Shown: positions 1-8,954 of the stretch, piece by piece
Layout of the letters: each line of letters opens with the position of its first letter
How positions within the stretch are numbered: the stretch's first letter is position 1
Assembly: GCA_016933055.1 (NCBI GenBank)
Contig: JAFGBS010000009.1
Coordinates: 300,001-332,000, forward strand
Direction: 5' to 3'
DNA length: 32,000 bases
DNA from: Promethearchaeota archaeon
GTDB taxonomy: Archaea; Asgardarchaeota; Lokiarchaeia; Sigyniarchaeales; Promethearchaeaceae
Notes under the pieces: generated by a model
The model's input: the letters and a program-made list of their open reading frames with translations, nothing else
Told to the model about the DNA's origin: nothing
Database searches by the model: none
Translations under genes and position numbers: made by a program

Positions 1-1067
1 ATAAACATCAACAAAATTAAGGAAGCCAATGAAATCGCAGTTCTAGGATCAGAAAATAATTGGATCACATTCGCATCTGTGGGTGCTGAGAAATCAATCA
101 GCATGAACACTATGAATAAAATTACCGGGACTGCATTACATAATAAGGCAATCAAAACTTTTGATTTCCGGTTTTTTCGGAATGAATTGTCTCCGATTTT
201 TCCAAAAACTAAAGTCCCAATGATTCCAGCAAGGAAAGCAAATAGAACCAAATAAATTGCGAGTCCTTCTGGAATATTGTGGACTTTCTCTAAATACAGA
301 AAAATCAGGAAAAATATAATACCAGATGGGATGCAATCGATAAAATTGACGATCAACCAAAAATTGCTTCTGGCATCCCATACTTTTCTGAAATCCCCTT
401 TTTGAAGCTTAAAGACATATTGAGCCGCGCCAAGATCTTGTAATTCTACCTCCATAGCACCTCTTTGGGGTTCCTTAACAGCAATTAGGGTTAATCCTAC
501 CGCAATGCTTAGTGCTCCACCCCCCAAATAAGCAAATCTCCACATTTCTGGGCTTGCTAACAATCCTCCCATAAACATACCGATTAGTTGACCCAAGGCG
601 ATTCCTACAGAGATATAGGCAAATGACATGGTTCTTTTCGTAGGGGGGGTCAAATCCCCTACCATCGCAAAGATTGATGGTAATATTGCCCCGATTCCCA
701 CACCGTTAAGAGAACGCGTAGCGAAGAAAAACCAATATCCTGTTTTCCCTGTAGGTGTAAAAAATGAAATTAATGAAAGGCTTCCATAAAGCATAGTCCC
801 TATGAAACAGATCCATTTACGTGAAGTTCGATCAGAAAACACACCTGCGACTACCATAGCAATTCCGGAAAGGAATACAAAAACTGCTTGTAAAATCCCC
901 ATGAAGCGAACAGAAATCAAGGATTCCGATCCAAAAAATTCTACTAAAAGAGTATCTAAAAATGGACTTAATAAACTTTGATCGATATATGAAAATACGA
1001 TAATAAAAAAGAACGCAAGAATTGTGAAAAACACCGTGGTTCTCGAAAATGTAGTGGTTCTTGTCAT
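1..1067 (-). CDS. MFS transporter (3' end truncated by window edge; absent from the ORF track)
   Basis: Manual translation from ATG at 1067: MTRTTTFSRTTVFFTILAFFFIIVFSYIDQSLLSP... with motif-A-like GVFSDRTSRK, RSLNGVGIG, second-half GKIGDNSFRK and many hydrophobic helices; open through position 1. Confidence 0.9.
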   Translation of the reverse strand, partial: MTRTTTFSRTTVFFTILAFFFIIVFSYIDQSLLSPFLDTLLVEFFGSESLISVRFMGILQAVFVFLSGIAMVVAGVFSDRTSRKWICFIGTMLYGSLSLISFFTPTGKTGYWFFFATRSLNGVGIGAILPSIFAMVGDLTPPTKRTMSFAYISVGIALGQLIGMFMGGLLASPEMWRFAYLGGGALSIAVGLTLIAVKEPQRGAMEVELQDLGAAQYVFKLQKGDFRKVWDARSNFWLIVNFIDCIPSGIIFFLIFLYLEKVHNIPEGLAIYLVLFAFLAGIIGTLVFGKIGDNSFRKNRKSKVLIALLCNAVPVILFIVFMLIDFSAPTDANVIQLFSDPRTAISLASLILLMF

Positions 1068-1118
1068 AATAGAGTATATTCTACCATATACTACTTAATT
1101 GTATTGATACAAGAGATC

Positions 1119-2039
1119 TTATTTTTTCTCTTTTCTCTTACTTGTATATCCAAGATCATCTAACACTTCCAGCATAGCTTCGTCATCAAAATCTTCGTAT
1201 TCATCTGCTGCAAATTGGTTAAAATTTAGACCATCCGGTACTGGGGGCTCCTCTTCAGAGCTAGTCACTTTTGTTGTGCCTATTTCTAGTGCTTCCACAT
1301 CATCCAATGGAATAGGAGGGACCTCGTTTTCATAAATTGGGAAATCTTGGTCTTCAATTCGAAAATGATAAGAGGAATGCGTAGAAGATGTTTCGGAAGC
1401 TTCTGGTTCAATATCTTGTCCTATCATATAATCTTCACTAATTGATACGATTCCTTTTGTGGAATCTTGATTGGTCGAAGATGGCACCTCATCTCCCTCC
1501 CATTCATCCAAGAAACTAAGCACATCTTGCATAGCGACAATATCATCACTCGCAGACACATCAGATTCAAACATTTGTGCTGCTTTTTCATCCATTTTCT
1601 CTTTTTTTACTTTTTCAGCTTCTAATTCAGCTCGAAGTTCTTCGGTGACTTTTCCTCCTGCAAGAATATAAGAAAATTTCTTACAACGGATTCGTAATAA
1701 CTCAAGATAATATCCTATACGTGCCAGATCGGTTAAACCCGCAAAAGTGAGATAATTACTGTCGATATGCATCAATATTGCATATCCTTCTTTACCTCGA
1801 ATCAGGATCTCCTTGAGATCACCATGATGGAGGTTTTGAACGAAATTAAGACCCACATCAATTAAGGCTGCAGAAGATGCCGCTAGTGGATCCACATCGA
1901 TATGATGAGATTTACTTGTTGCGATTTTCATGCCATTACGAGATAATATGGTTAGATTTTGCAGATCGCTTGTGCTTTCGATTCTAGCCAGTTCATTCAT
2001 AAGATTACTTCGAATTTCATCGTTCACATCTGTCGACAT
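1119..2039 (-). CDS. Roadblock/LC7 domain protein with long acidic C-terminal extension
   Basis: N-terminal ~125 aa has the roadblock pattern (ILSRNGMKIA..., LAASSAALIDVG, LKEILIRGKEGYAILMHI, IGYYLELLR), followed by a D/E-rich low-complexity tail. Confidence 0.85.
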   Translation of the reverse strand: MSTDVNDEIRSNLMNELARIESTSDLQNLTILSRNGMKIATSKSHHIDVDPLAASSAALIDVGLNFVQNLHHGDLKEILIRGKEGYAILMHIDSNYLTFAGLTDLARIGYYLELLRIRCKKFSYILAGGKVTEELRAELEAEKVKKEKMDEKAAQMFESDVSASDDIVAMQDVLSFLDEWEGDEVPSSTNQDSTKGIVSISEDYMIGQDIEPEASETSSTHSSYHFRIEDQDFPIYENEVPPIPLDDVEALEIGTTKVTSSEEEPPVPDGLNFNQFAADEYEDFDDEAMLEVLDDLGYTSKRKEKK

Positions 2040-2142
2040 TTTTTCACAACATTATAGTTTGAGATTATGATGTAACTCTATGGTAAAAAATTTTTGTGAT
2101 ATAACTCGCTACATTCATATTTATGTGAGTACTGTATAGAGT

Positions 2143-2493
2143 ATGAGTGAAGATTCATCAGTCTCATATAAGGATTTTAAGAAATTGGATATACGAGTGG
2201 GATTAATAGTTGAAGCAGAAGATCTTGAAAAATCTGATCACTTATTACGTCTAAAGGTGGATATTGGTGAAAAAAAACCACGTCTGATCATCGCGGGATT
2301 GAAAGGATATTACACTCCCCGACAATTAAAAAACAAGAAAGTAATAGTACTTGCTAACCTCCAGCCTCGTAAAATGATGGGTTTGGAGAGTCAAGGAATG
2401 CTCCTTGCTGCCGATGTGGATGAAAAACCATTTCTCTTGAAATTTCACAAGGATGATGTCGATAAGATACCACCAGGGACACCGATTTCTTAA
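2143..2493 (+). CDS. Stand-alone OB-fold tRNA-binding protein (Trbp111/CsaA/MetRS C-terminal domain family)
   Basis: DFKKLDIRVG..., SDHLLRLKVDIGE, IIAGL, VIVLANLQPRKMMGLESQGMLLAA are hallmark motifs of the family. Confidence 0.92.
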   Translation: MSEDSSVSYKDFKKLDIRVGLIVEAEDLEKSDHLLRLKVDIGEKKPRLIIAGLKGYYTPRQLKNKKVIVLANLQPRKMMGLESQGMLLAADVDEKPFLLKFHKDDVDKIPPGTPIS

Positions 2494-2554
2494 ACTTCAT
2501 GATTTATCTTTTAGAAACCCCTTTATATACACTAGACTACCATTATTGGTTTTC

Positions 2555-3685
2555 ATGGAGATAAACGTGAAAAAATCGAAAATACCAGTTCGGGAGTATA
2601 CTTGGTTAGAATTACTCAAGCAAGATTTTGTATACGGAATCCCACTTTTCTATAATGGAACCCCATCATCATGTGCATCTAAACATGATAAAAACTTATT
2701 ATATCGAGGGATTATCCATCGTTTTCCTTCCTTTTTACGATGGAAATTTGCATACCTTGGTGAGAGATCCCGTTGTACAAGCGGAGTTAGAATAGAATTT
2801 ACCACGGATGCAAGCGCAATTAAATTACTAATAAAAACTAAGTATATGAAGCATCGAGAAAATTTTAGTAATATGGCACAAGCTGCTATGGACATCCTCG
2901 TTGATGGAAGATTTTGGGCTCTCTACTATCCAAGATGGAAAAATCTGGAAAAAATTTACCTCCCTGATGATGGCATGGTTCATAGAATATCCCTAGTTTT
3001 TCCTAATTACGCGAGCATAAAACTAGAAAAAATTATTCTTTTCAATTTGACAGAATTTGTACACCGTTCTCCAGAATATTTACTAAATAATCGTCCTATT
3101 ATCCACTATGGATCTTCTATTACTCAAGGAGGGTGTAGCAGCAGACCCGCACTAGCTTTCCCCCATCTTTTAAGTGAGACCTTTTGCGTCAATCACATAA
3201 ATCTTGGAATATCGGGAAACGCGAGAGGGGAACCTGAAATCGCTGATTATGTTGCCAATTTCTCTAATGCTATTCTTTTCATACTAGAATGGGGTGCAAA
3301 TTTACTGGATTTAAAATGGGACGATTTATTAGAACAGCGATATGAAAAATTTTGGAGAACAATTCACAATTCTAATCCTAATACACCCATATTATTTGTA
3401 GGATTACAGAACTTCTCATATGATATATGTGGGATGCTTGAAATCCGTATGAATATTCAAAAAAAACGAGAATTCATCCAAAAACAAGCATTAGCAGCAT
3501 GTAAAGAAGTAAATAAAAACGGTTTAAAATTATTTGATTACATTGATGGTACTACGATAATCAATTCATCTCGCCTTGATCTGACTATAGAAGGTATCCA
3601 TCCCAATGATAAAGGACATCGAGCATATGCAGAATCAATGAAATGCAAAATTATTAATCTTCTAGGTAATCACATAACTGCTTAA
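2555..3685 (+). CDS. SGNH/GDSL-like hydrolase
   Basis: Block I YGSSITQG, block II NLGISGN, block III EWGAN, block V EGIHPND. Start moved from 2453 to ATG 2555 to avoid a 41-nt overlap with the upstream gene. Confidence 0.82.
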   Translation: MEINVKKSKIPVREYTWLELLKQDFVYGIPLFYNGTPSSCASKHDKNLLYRGIIHRFPSFLRWKFAYLGERSRCTSGVRIEFTTDASAIKLLIKTKYMKHRENFSNMAQAAMDILVDGRFWALYYPRWKNLEKIYLPDDGMVHRISLVFPNYASIKLEKIILFNLTEFVHRSPEYLLNNRPIIHYGSSITQGGCSSRPALAFPHLLSETFCVNHINLGISGNARGEPEIADYVANFSNAILFILEWGANLLDLKWDDLLEQRYEKFWRTIHNSNPNTPILFVGLQNFSYDICGMLEIRMNIQKKREFIQKQALAACKEVNKNGLKLFDYIDGTTIINSSRLDLTIEGIHPNDKGHRAYAESMKCKIINLLGNHITA

Positions 3686-4899
3686 TTCAGTAGACTTTGG
3701 AATATCTCACTTATGGATTTTACCTCTCCAGGAGGATCATTCCATTTATGCAAGTTCAAATTGATACCATCTAATCGAATTGCTGTCCCGTTTGCTTCAA
3801 TTCCCGGGATGGAATATGGAATAGTGACACTTGCCTTACTACTAAAGGAGGATTTGAAATTATCGAATAGAATCACTTTTTTTTCGGGAAAATTTATTTG
3901 AGGAGGATTGAATTCATCTCGCAAATATTCTCCCCCAAAAATGATGGCTAAATCTGCTGGATCTTGGCTCTTTGGAGATATGGATGCAATTTCTTCGCCA
4001 AACGTCATAAATAATGCAGAAGTCAACCCAAAATCATTACTCATAGATGGTAATGCTAACAGTGAAAATCTTCCCTTAACATAAGTGTTCAATTTTTCCA
4101 TCAGCAGATTCAAATCTGTAATGCTGATGTGATCTTGGATTGGTGTATTACAAATAATTATGCCATATTCTGTAGCTTGTAGAAAAGTTTTCAATTCTCG
4201 TAAATTATCTTTTGAGAGATTTCCGATTGAAATTTCATCCAAGCTTTTTCCTTCTAACAAATGGATTAGCCCAGTTACTAATTGGGAACTGGATTGAGTT
4301 GAATTATCAATAAGAATATCTTTTAATCGAGTGAGATCCGATTCTTGCTTTTGGATCAGAATAAATTTCTTCATTTCTTTTCCTGATAAGCGGAACATAC
4401 CTCGACTGAATAAGAGTTTTCCAAATAGTTTAGGATGCGAGTGGGTAGGATCTACATTCCAAAATATAAACACATCTGCATTATTAATTCCCTGTCCAAT
4501 TCCTGTTAAACTGGGACTTAGTAATACATCATTGTTCTCTGAAATTTTGTCAATTTGAATCGTTTTTTTCTCTTCATATAATTTTCGAGCCACATTAAGG
4601 ACTTGCAATTGATCTTGATAGGAAATGGCTCCTAAACCGTAAAATTTTATAGAGGAAGCTTTCAGTAATTCCTCTTTAAGATTAGAAACCACCTCTTCGT
4701 GACTCAGAAGAATTTCTAATCCCGATTGTTTTTGTACTGCTTGCTGTAATCGGCTTTCTGACAGATAATTCTTAATAAAACCATTTCCACGAAAGCAAGA
4801 ATTTATAGTATTTTCCACAACACCGTCTTTAGTTAGTTTGATATATACATCATCACAAAGTAAAGCGCATCCATAACATTGAATTTTCTTGGTTCTCAT
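3682..4899 (-). CDS. fwdB: Formylmethanofuran dehydrogenase subunit B homolog, apparently catalytically degenerate
   Basis: N-terminal CxxCxxxCDD...C cluster motif, NNADVFIFWNVDPTHSHP (cf. NRAD..YWG.NP...HP), C-terminal PGIEANGTAIRLDG (cf. G.EA.GTAYRMDG); adjacent to fwdF/fwdG-like genes. No Cys where the CHG metal-ligand motif is expected. Confidence 0.8.
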   Translation of the reverse strand: MRTKKIQCYGCALLCDDVYIKLTKDGVVENTINSCFRGNGFIKNYLSESRLQQAVQKQSGLEILLSHEEVVSNLKEELLKASSIKFYGLGAISYQDQLQVLNVARKLYEEKKTIQIDKISENNDVLLSPSLTGIGQGINNADVFIFWNVDPTHSHPKLFGKLLFSRGMFRLSGKEMKKFILIQKQESDLTRLKDILIDNSTQSSSQLVTGLIHLLEGKSLDEISIGNLSKDNLRELKTFLQATEYGIIICNTPIQDHISITDLNLLMEKLNTYVKGRFSLLALPSMSNDFGLTSALFMTFGEEIASISPKSQDPADLAIIFGGEYLRDEFNPPQINFPEKKVILFDNFKSSFSSKASVTIPYSIPGIEANGTAIRLDGINLNLHKWNDPPGEVKSISEIFQSLLN

Positions 4900-4909
4900 T
4901 ATACTCTAC

Positions 4910-5395
4910 TTAAAAAATTTTGATAGCCTCTTGGGGACAATAACTTTCGCAAATAGAACAATTTCGAGCTTCTGCATCTCCTTCTTCCAATCGTCTACAA
5001 TGATCTAACTTCACAAGTTTTGCTTTACCATCATAAATCTGAAAGATTAGGTGAGTTTCTAAGGGATACTTTGGACATTTTCCGCTCATCACATTATCAC
5101 TATATCGAGCTTCAACGGGACATGCAAGGATGCATACACTGCAACCGTCGCATTTTTCCTCATCAATTTCGATATGAGTTTCATGGTCTCCCAGTACTGG
5201 AGCAAGGTAATCTTCTAATTCCTGTTTTTGCTGTATAAATTTAGGTTCTAATAAATAGGGACATTCCTCAATTTTGGCATTACCTTTCGCAAGATCTACA
5301 GCGAATGCCATACAACTGGATCTCCCGCATTCTTTGCAATTCGTTTTTGGAGTTAATTGATATACTTTCATTACCGATATCGAGCCCATTTTCAT
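4910..5395 (-). CDS. Fe-S protein: N-terminal (Fe-S)-binding domain (CdhE/AcsC N-terminal type) fused to a 2x[4Fe-4S] ferredoxin, FwdG/FwdH-like
   Basis: TPKTNCKECGRSSCMAFA...CP, then CDGCSVCILACP and C(x12)CSICESYCP; lies between fwdF and the fwdB-like gene. Confidence 0.78.
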   Translation of the reverse strand: MKMGSISVMKVYQLTPKTNCKECGRSSCMAFAVDLAKGNAKIEECPYLLEPKFIQQKQELEDYLAPVLGDHETHIEIDEEKCDGCSVCILACPVEARYSDNVMSGKCPKYPLETHLIFQIYDGKAKLVKLDHCRRLEEGDAEARNCSICESYCPQEAIKIF

Positions 5396-5399
5396 TCAC

Positions 5400-6509
5400 T
5401 TACTCACTGTGTATTTGTTGTTTTTTTAGATACTTCCGTAATTTGTCCTTTTTTTTATGATGGATGAAAATTCGAACGTTTGCTTTATCAAAATTATCTT
5501 TCATTTTCTGAATAACTGGTTCGTTTTTGGTTCTTATTTCAGCGTAAGTTTCTATAGAAAATGGGATTTCTGGAGTGATTTTATCATAGTCAAAATCGAT
5601 TTCTCCATCATCAGGTTGTATTATAACGAATTCCTCTTCCCGCTGTAAATTTTCCAATAATTCCTCTCGTGAAAGAGTTAAATCATTGAATTGCTTCTTC
5701 CAACGAGACATCCATGGTTTGTTCTTAGATTGTTCAGGTATTATTAAATCTACAGAAAATCTCCTCACAATAATGATTTCTTCTGGACAGGCATTCTCGC
5801 AAGCCCCACAATACATGCAAGTTTCCTCATTGCATGCGATTTTTCCATATTTTACTACCTCTTCAGCAGTTTGAGGAATAAAAAATGATTCAGTAGGGCA
5901 AATATTCACACATGCTTTACATCCATTTGGGTCACATTTGTATAGCTGTTCCTTTAATATGACTACTTCCCCCTCGAACGGACTGATAAATGTCATGGAT
6001 TGCGTGGGACAGTTATTCACAACCTGAATTAACTCTTTTGCATGATGACGACCTCGCTCTATATTGACAGGATCTCGAATTTCACTGCATTTTTTGCACA
6101 TTTCATTTTTTTCGTCCTTTTTACAAGTCGACTTATCATACACCCACATCTGTCGTAAAAGTGGGAAATCAACATTATGGATGGGTTGTCCGAGCTCGTC
6201 AGCTATTTCATAAACAGAATTGATGCAAACACTCACGCACATAAAACAGAAGCTACATTTATCAGTATCAATTAGTACGGCGGGCATATCTTCAATGAGT
6301 TTTTGAGCAATATCAGGTACAGGTCCCATTTCAATTGCACGTTCAGGACAGACTACATAACACAAACTACAACCTACACATTTATCCAGATCATAAATCA
6401 GGTATTTTTTATGGTCCATAAACTTCCAGCGTTCAATAATCAGATTTTTATTAACATCCATATCTTTTTCGACTTTTCGATTTTCCAGACTTTCTGAACG
6501 CTCCGTCAT
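5400..6509 (-). CDS. fwdF: Polyferredoxin, FwdF-like
   Basis: CVGCSLCYVVCP, CSFCFMCVSVC, CDPNGCKACVNICP, CMYCGACENACP; MGPV.DIAQ..I and FEGEVVI segments typical of FwdF. Start moved to ATG 6509, which has GAGGAG just upstream. Confidence 0.8.
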   Translation of the reverse strand: MTERSESLENRKVEKDMDVNKNLIIERWKFMDHKKYLIYDLDKCVGCSLCYVVCPERAIEMGPVPDIAQKLIEDMPAVLIDTDKCSFCFMCVSVCINSVYEIADELGQPIHNVDFPLLRQMWVYDKSTCKKDEKNEMCKKCSEIRDPVNIERGRHHAKELIQVVNNCPTQSMTFISPFEGEVVILKEQLYKCDPNGCKACVNICPTESFFIPQTAEEVVKYGKIACNEETCMYCGACENACPEEIIIVRRFSVDLIIPEQSKNKPWMSRWKKQFNDLTLSREELLENLQREEEFVIIQPDDGEIDFDYDKITPEIPFSIETYAEIRTKNEPVIQKMKDNFDKANVRIFIHHKKKDKLRKYLKKQQIHSE

Positions 6510-6610
6510 TGCTTTCTCCTCGTGCAATCCAAAAAAATGAAATTTTTTACAGTTATAAGGATATTCCAAACCTATTTTAGAATTTTAAAAAAGTTTCAAG
6601 AAACATGTAT

Positions 6611-7651
6611 TTATATTTTTAATACAATTTTCCCGAAATGATTTCCTGAATCCAGATATTTTTCTGCTTCTTTAGCTTCCGATAATGGAAACTCCTTTCC
6701 AATGATAGGTTTCAATTTTCCCTCGAACACGAGATTCATGACTTCTCGGAATTCTCTTTGATTACTCATAGTACTACCCAAGATTTCTAATTGATTCCAA
6801 AAAACCATATTTAAGTTGATTTTAGCTATTGGTCCACTGGTTGCACCACATGTAACTAATCTTCCTCCTGGTTTGAGCATCCGCAAACTGGTGGGAAAAG
6901 TCGCTGCACCCACACTATCAACTACAATATCGCACCCTTGTCTGTTCGTAATCTCTTTAAATACGTATTTGGGGTAATCAGGATCTTCATTATAATTGAT
7001 CACATAATCTGCACCCGATTCTCTGAGTTTTTGGGCTTTTTCCTCCGTACTTGTCGATACTATCGCGGTTGCTCCGAAAAAATTTGCAATTTGCAATGCA
7101 CAAAGAGATACTCCTCCACTCCCTCCCTGAATAAAGACAAAATCTCCTGTTTTAATCTGAGCTTTCGTAGTGAGCATTCTCCATGCAGTTAAAAAGCTTA
7201 AAGGTGCTGCAGCTGCTTCATCCAATGGAAAACCCTCTGGAATTTTTAACACATTGGCTGCTGGAACAGTGAATTGCTCTGCAAAAGTTCCACGTTCAAA
7301 TTCCCCTTTAATAGAAAATTTTGTACAAAAATTATGATTTCCCGATAGACAAATATCACATTTTCCGCAACTAGTTCCAGGATTTATAGTAACCATATCC
7401 CCTACATTTATTGGGATATTTTTCACCTCTGAACCTAATTCAACAACCTCTCCACATCCATCACTACCAAGAACATGGGGGAATTCCAATTTTAACCCTA
7501 CCCATCCCGCAGTAACAAATATGTCCAAATGATTTAGTGCACAATAAGCCGTTTTCACTAACACTTCATCTGGTTTGCATCTTGGAGGCTCTAAATTTCC
7601 GAATTTTATCTCATCCAAAGTACCATGTTTTTCTATATAGACTGCTTTCAT
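6611..7651 (-). CDS. Medium-chain dehydrogenase/reductase (zinc-binding ADH-like / quinone oxidoreductase-like)
   Basis: ALNHLD, GSDGCG, structural-Zn motif CGKCDICxxxxxxxC, nucleotide-binding GGSGGV, LKPGGRLVTCGAT, HFGKIVL. Confidence 0.92.
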   Translation of the reverse strand: MKAVYIEKHGTLDEIKFGNLEPPRCKPDEVLVKTAYCALNHLDIFVTAGWVGLKLEFPHVLGSDGCGEVVELGSEVKNIPINVGDMVTINPGTSCGKCDICLSGNHNFCTKFSIKGEFERGTFAEQFTVPAANVLKIPEGFPLDEAAAAPLSFLTAWRMLTTKAQIKTGDFVFIQGGSGGVSLCALQIANFFGATAIVSTSTEEKAQKLRESGADYVINYNEDPDYPKYVFKEITNRQGCDIVVDSVGAATFPTSLRMLKPGGRLVTCGATSGPIAKINLNMVFWNQLEILGSTMSNQREFREVMNLVFEGKLKPIIGKEFPLSEAKEAEKYLDSGNHFGKIVLKI

Positions 7652-7726
7652 ACATAGTGATTCTAAAAACCGTAAAATAAAGCTTCTTTTTTGAGAATTA
7701 AAAAGTTATAGGGAATTTTAACTTGT

Positions 7727-8209
7727 TCAATCTTGTTTTTTTTGCTCTATTCTATTAATATCATATTGAAAAACGACACGATCGACAAACCACAATTTAA
7801 ATAAAACTGAAATTGTTGAACAAAAAACGTAAGCCCATTTCAAATCACTTCCAGATTTCACTCCCCAAGGCAAAAAAGCAATAACTAATGATGGGATAAA
7901 GGCCAGAAGTGCAAAGATGTTACAGAGCATGGTGTAATCAACTATCAACTTTCCCTTCATTTTTTGAATCCACCATTGTTCAGCCAGTACGCCCTTGGAA
8001 ATCCACCTGTCCATTTTTTTAGGCTTTCGGAAAATCATAGGGTTAATTATAGCCCAGATTATGATAATAACGAAGGGTATCCATGTATAAGGACCAAAGT
8101 TTACGAACCATAATGTTACTGCAAAAAATGGAGCAGTAGCAACTCTACTCCATCCACTCGCTGGATTTGCATGGCGTTGCCAGAAATCAAATTTTGCCAT
8201 ATTCTCCAT
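7727..8209 (-). CDS. Small membrane protein, DUF6653-like
   Basis: N-terminal WQRHANPxSxWSR motif, NPMIFRKP, W.SKGVLAEQWW and 4 hydrophobic segments; start is ATG 8209 or 8200. Confidence 0.6.
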   Translation of the reverse strand: MENMAKFDFWQRHANPASGWSRVATAPFFAVTLWFVNFGPYTWIPFVIIIIWAIINPMIFRKPKKMDRWISKGVLAEQWWIQKMKGKLIVDYTMLCNIFALLAFIPSLVIAFLPWGVKSGSDLKWAYVFCSTISVLFKLWFVDRVVFQYDINRIEQKKQD

Positions 8210-8297
8210 AAAAATGTCTACCTTTAAGAAATTATTGGCTCTCATAGATCCACTGAGGGAGAAAGAATTATTAGATGAAATTAAGATAACTAGAATA

Positions 8298-8954
8298 ATG
8301 CCTAGAATTGAATTTTACATTATTTCCAAGACTGGTCTAATGTTGCATAAGTTCTCCGTTAAAAAAACACAAGATGATAATAAGGATCAGCTCGTGTCGG
8401 GATTATTATCTGCAATTAATTCTTTTGCAGCTGATATTGGTTGGGCTAGTGGAGTTTCAATGATTCGTTCGGGATCGATTGAAGCACGGTACAGTCAAGG
8501 AGAGTTTGTATTTGGAATATTGATAGTAGATTATTATAAACCAGGAATTGCAGATTCTGAATCCGCATTGGATGCTTTTGCCAGCGATATCACAGAACGC
8601 TTTGAATCTGTTTATAAAAAAGAATTAGAAGAAGCAAAGCAGTCTAATCGTTATAACATAACTCTATTTCAAGATTTTGGGAAACAAATAGATGAGATAA
8701 TCCTTGAAAATAATGATCAAATTGCGGAAATCTATCAACAACAAATTTTAATACAATCTATATATGCTGACGTGCCCCAAGAGATAATATTACCTTTGTT
8801 ACATCGTTTGAAATCTGGAGAAAATATTCTGGATGAACTACCGGATTTAATTTTGGAGTATCCCATTATGTTAAAAGCAATAGAGAAAACTAACATGGAT
8901 TATGAGCCTGTATGGACGATTTTTAAGGTACCTCTATTGAAGAAAGAATCCTAA
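8298..8954 (+). CDS. Longin-like domain protein
   Basis: FYIISKTGLMLH...QLVSGLLSAINSFA...FGILIVD...ITERFESVY matches the longin beta-beta-alpha-beta-beta-beta-alpha-alpha pattern. Start at 8214 would leave only 4 bp to the divergent gene, so ATG 8298 is preferred. Confidence 0.6.
   Translation: MPRIEFYIISKTGLMLHKFSVKKTQDDNKDQLVSGLLSAINSFAADIGWASGVSMIRSGSIEARYSQGEFVFGILIVDYYKPGIADSESALDAFASDITERFESVYKKELEEAKQSNRYNITLFQDFGKQIDEIILENNDQIAEIYQQQILIQSIYADVPQEIILPLLHRLKSGENILDELPDLILEYPIMLKAIEKTNMDYEPVWTIFKVPLLKKES

Noticed and set aside
136-381. 81-aa ORF on the minus strand
   Set aside because: Out-of-frame ORF nested in the MFS gene, which occupies another minus frame from 1067 to the edge.
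4470-4560. Possible selenocysteine recoding in the FwdB homolog
   Set aside because: No in-frame TGA in the ORF; the ligand segment is substituted and shortened instead.
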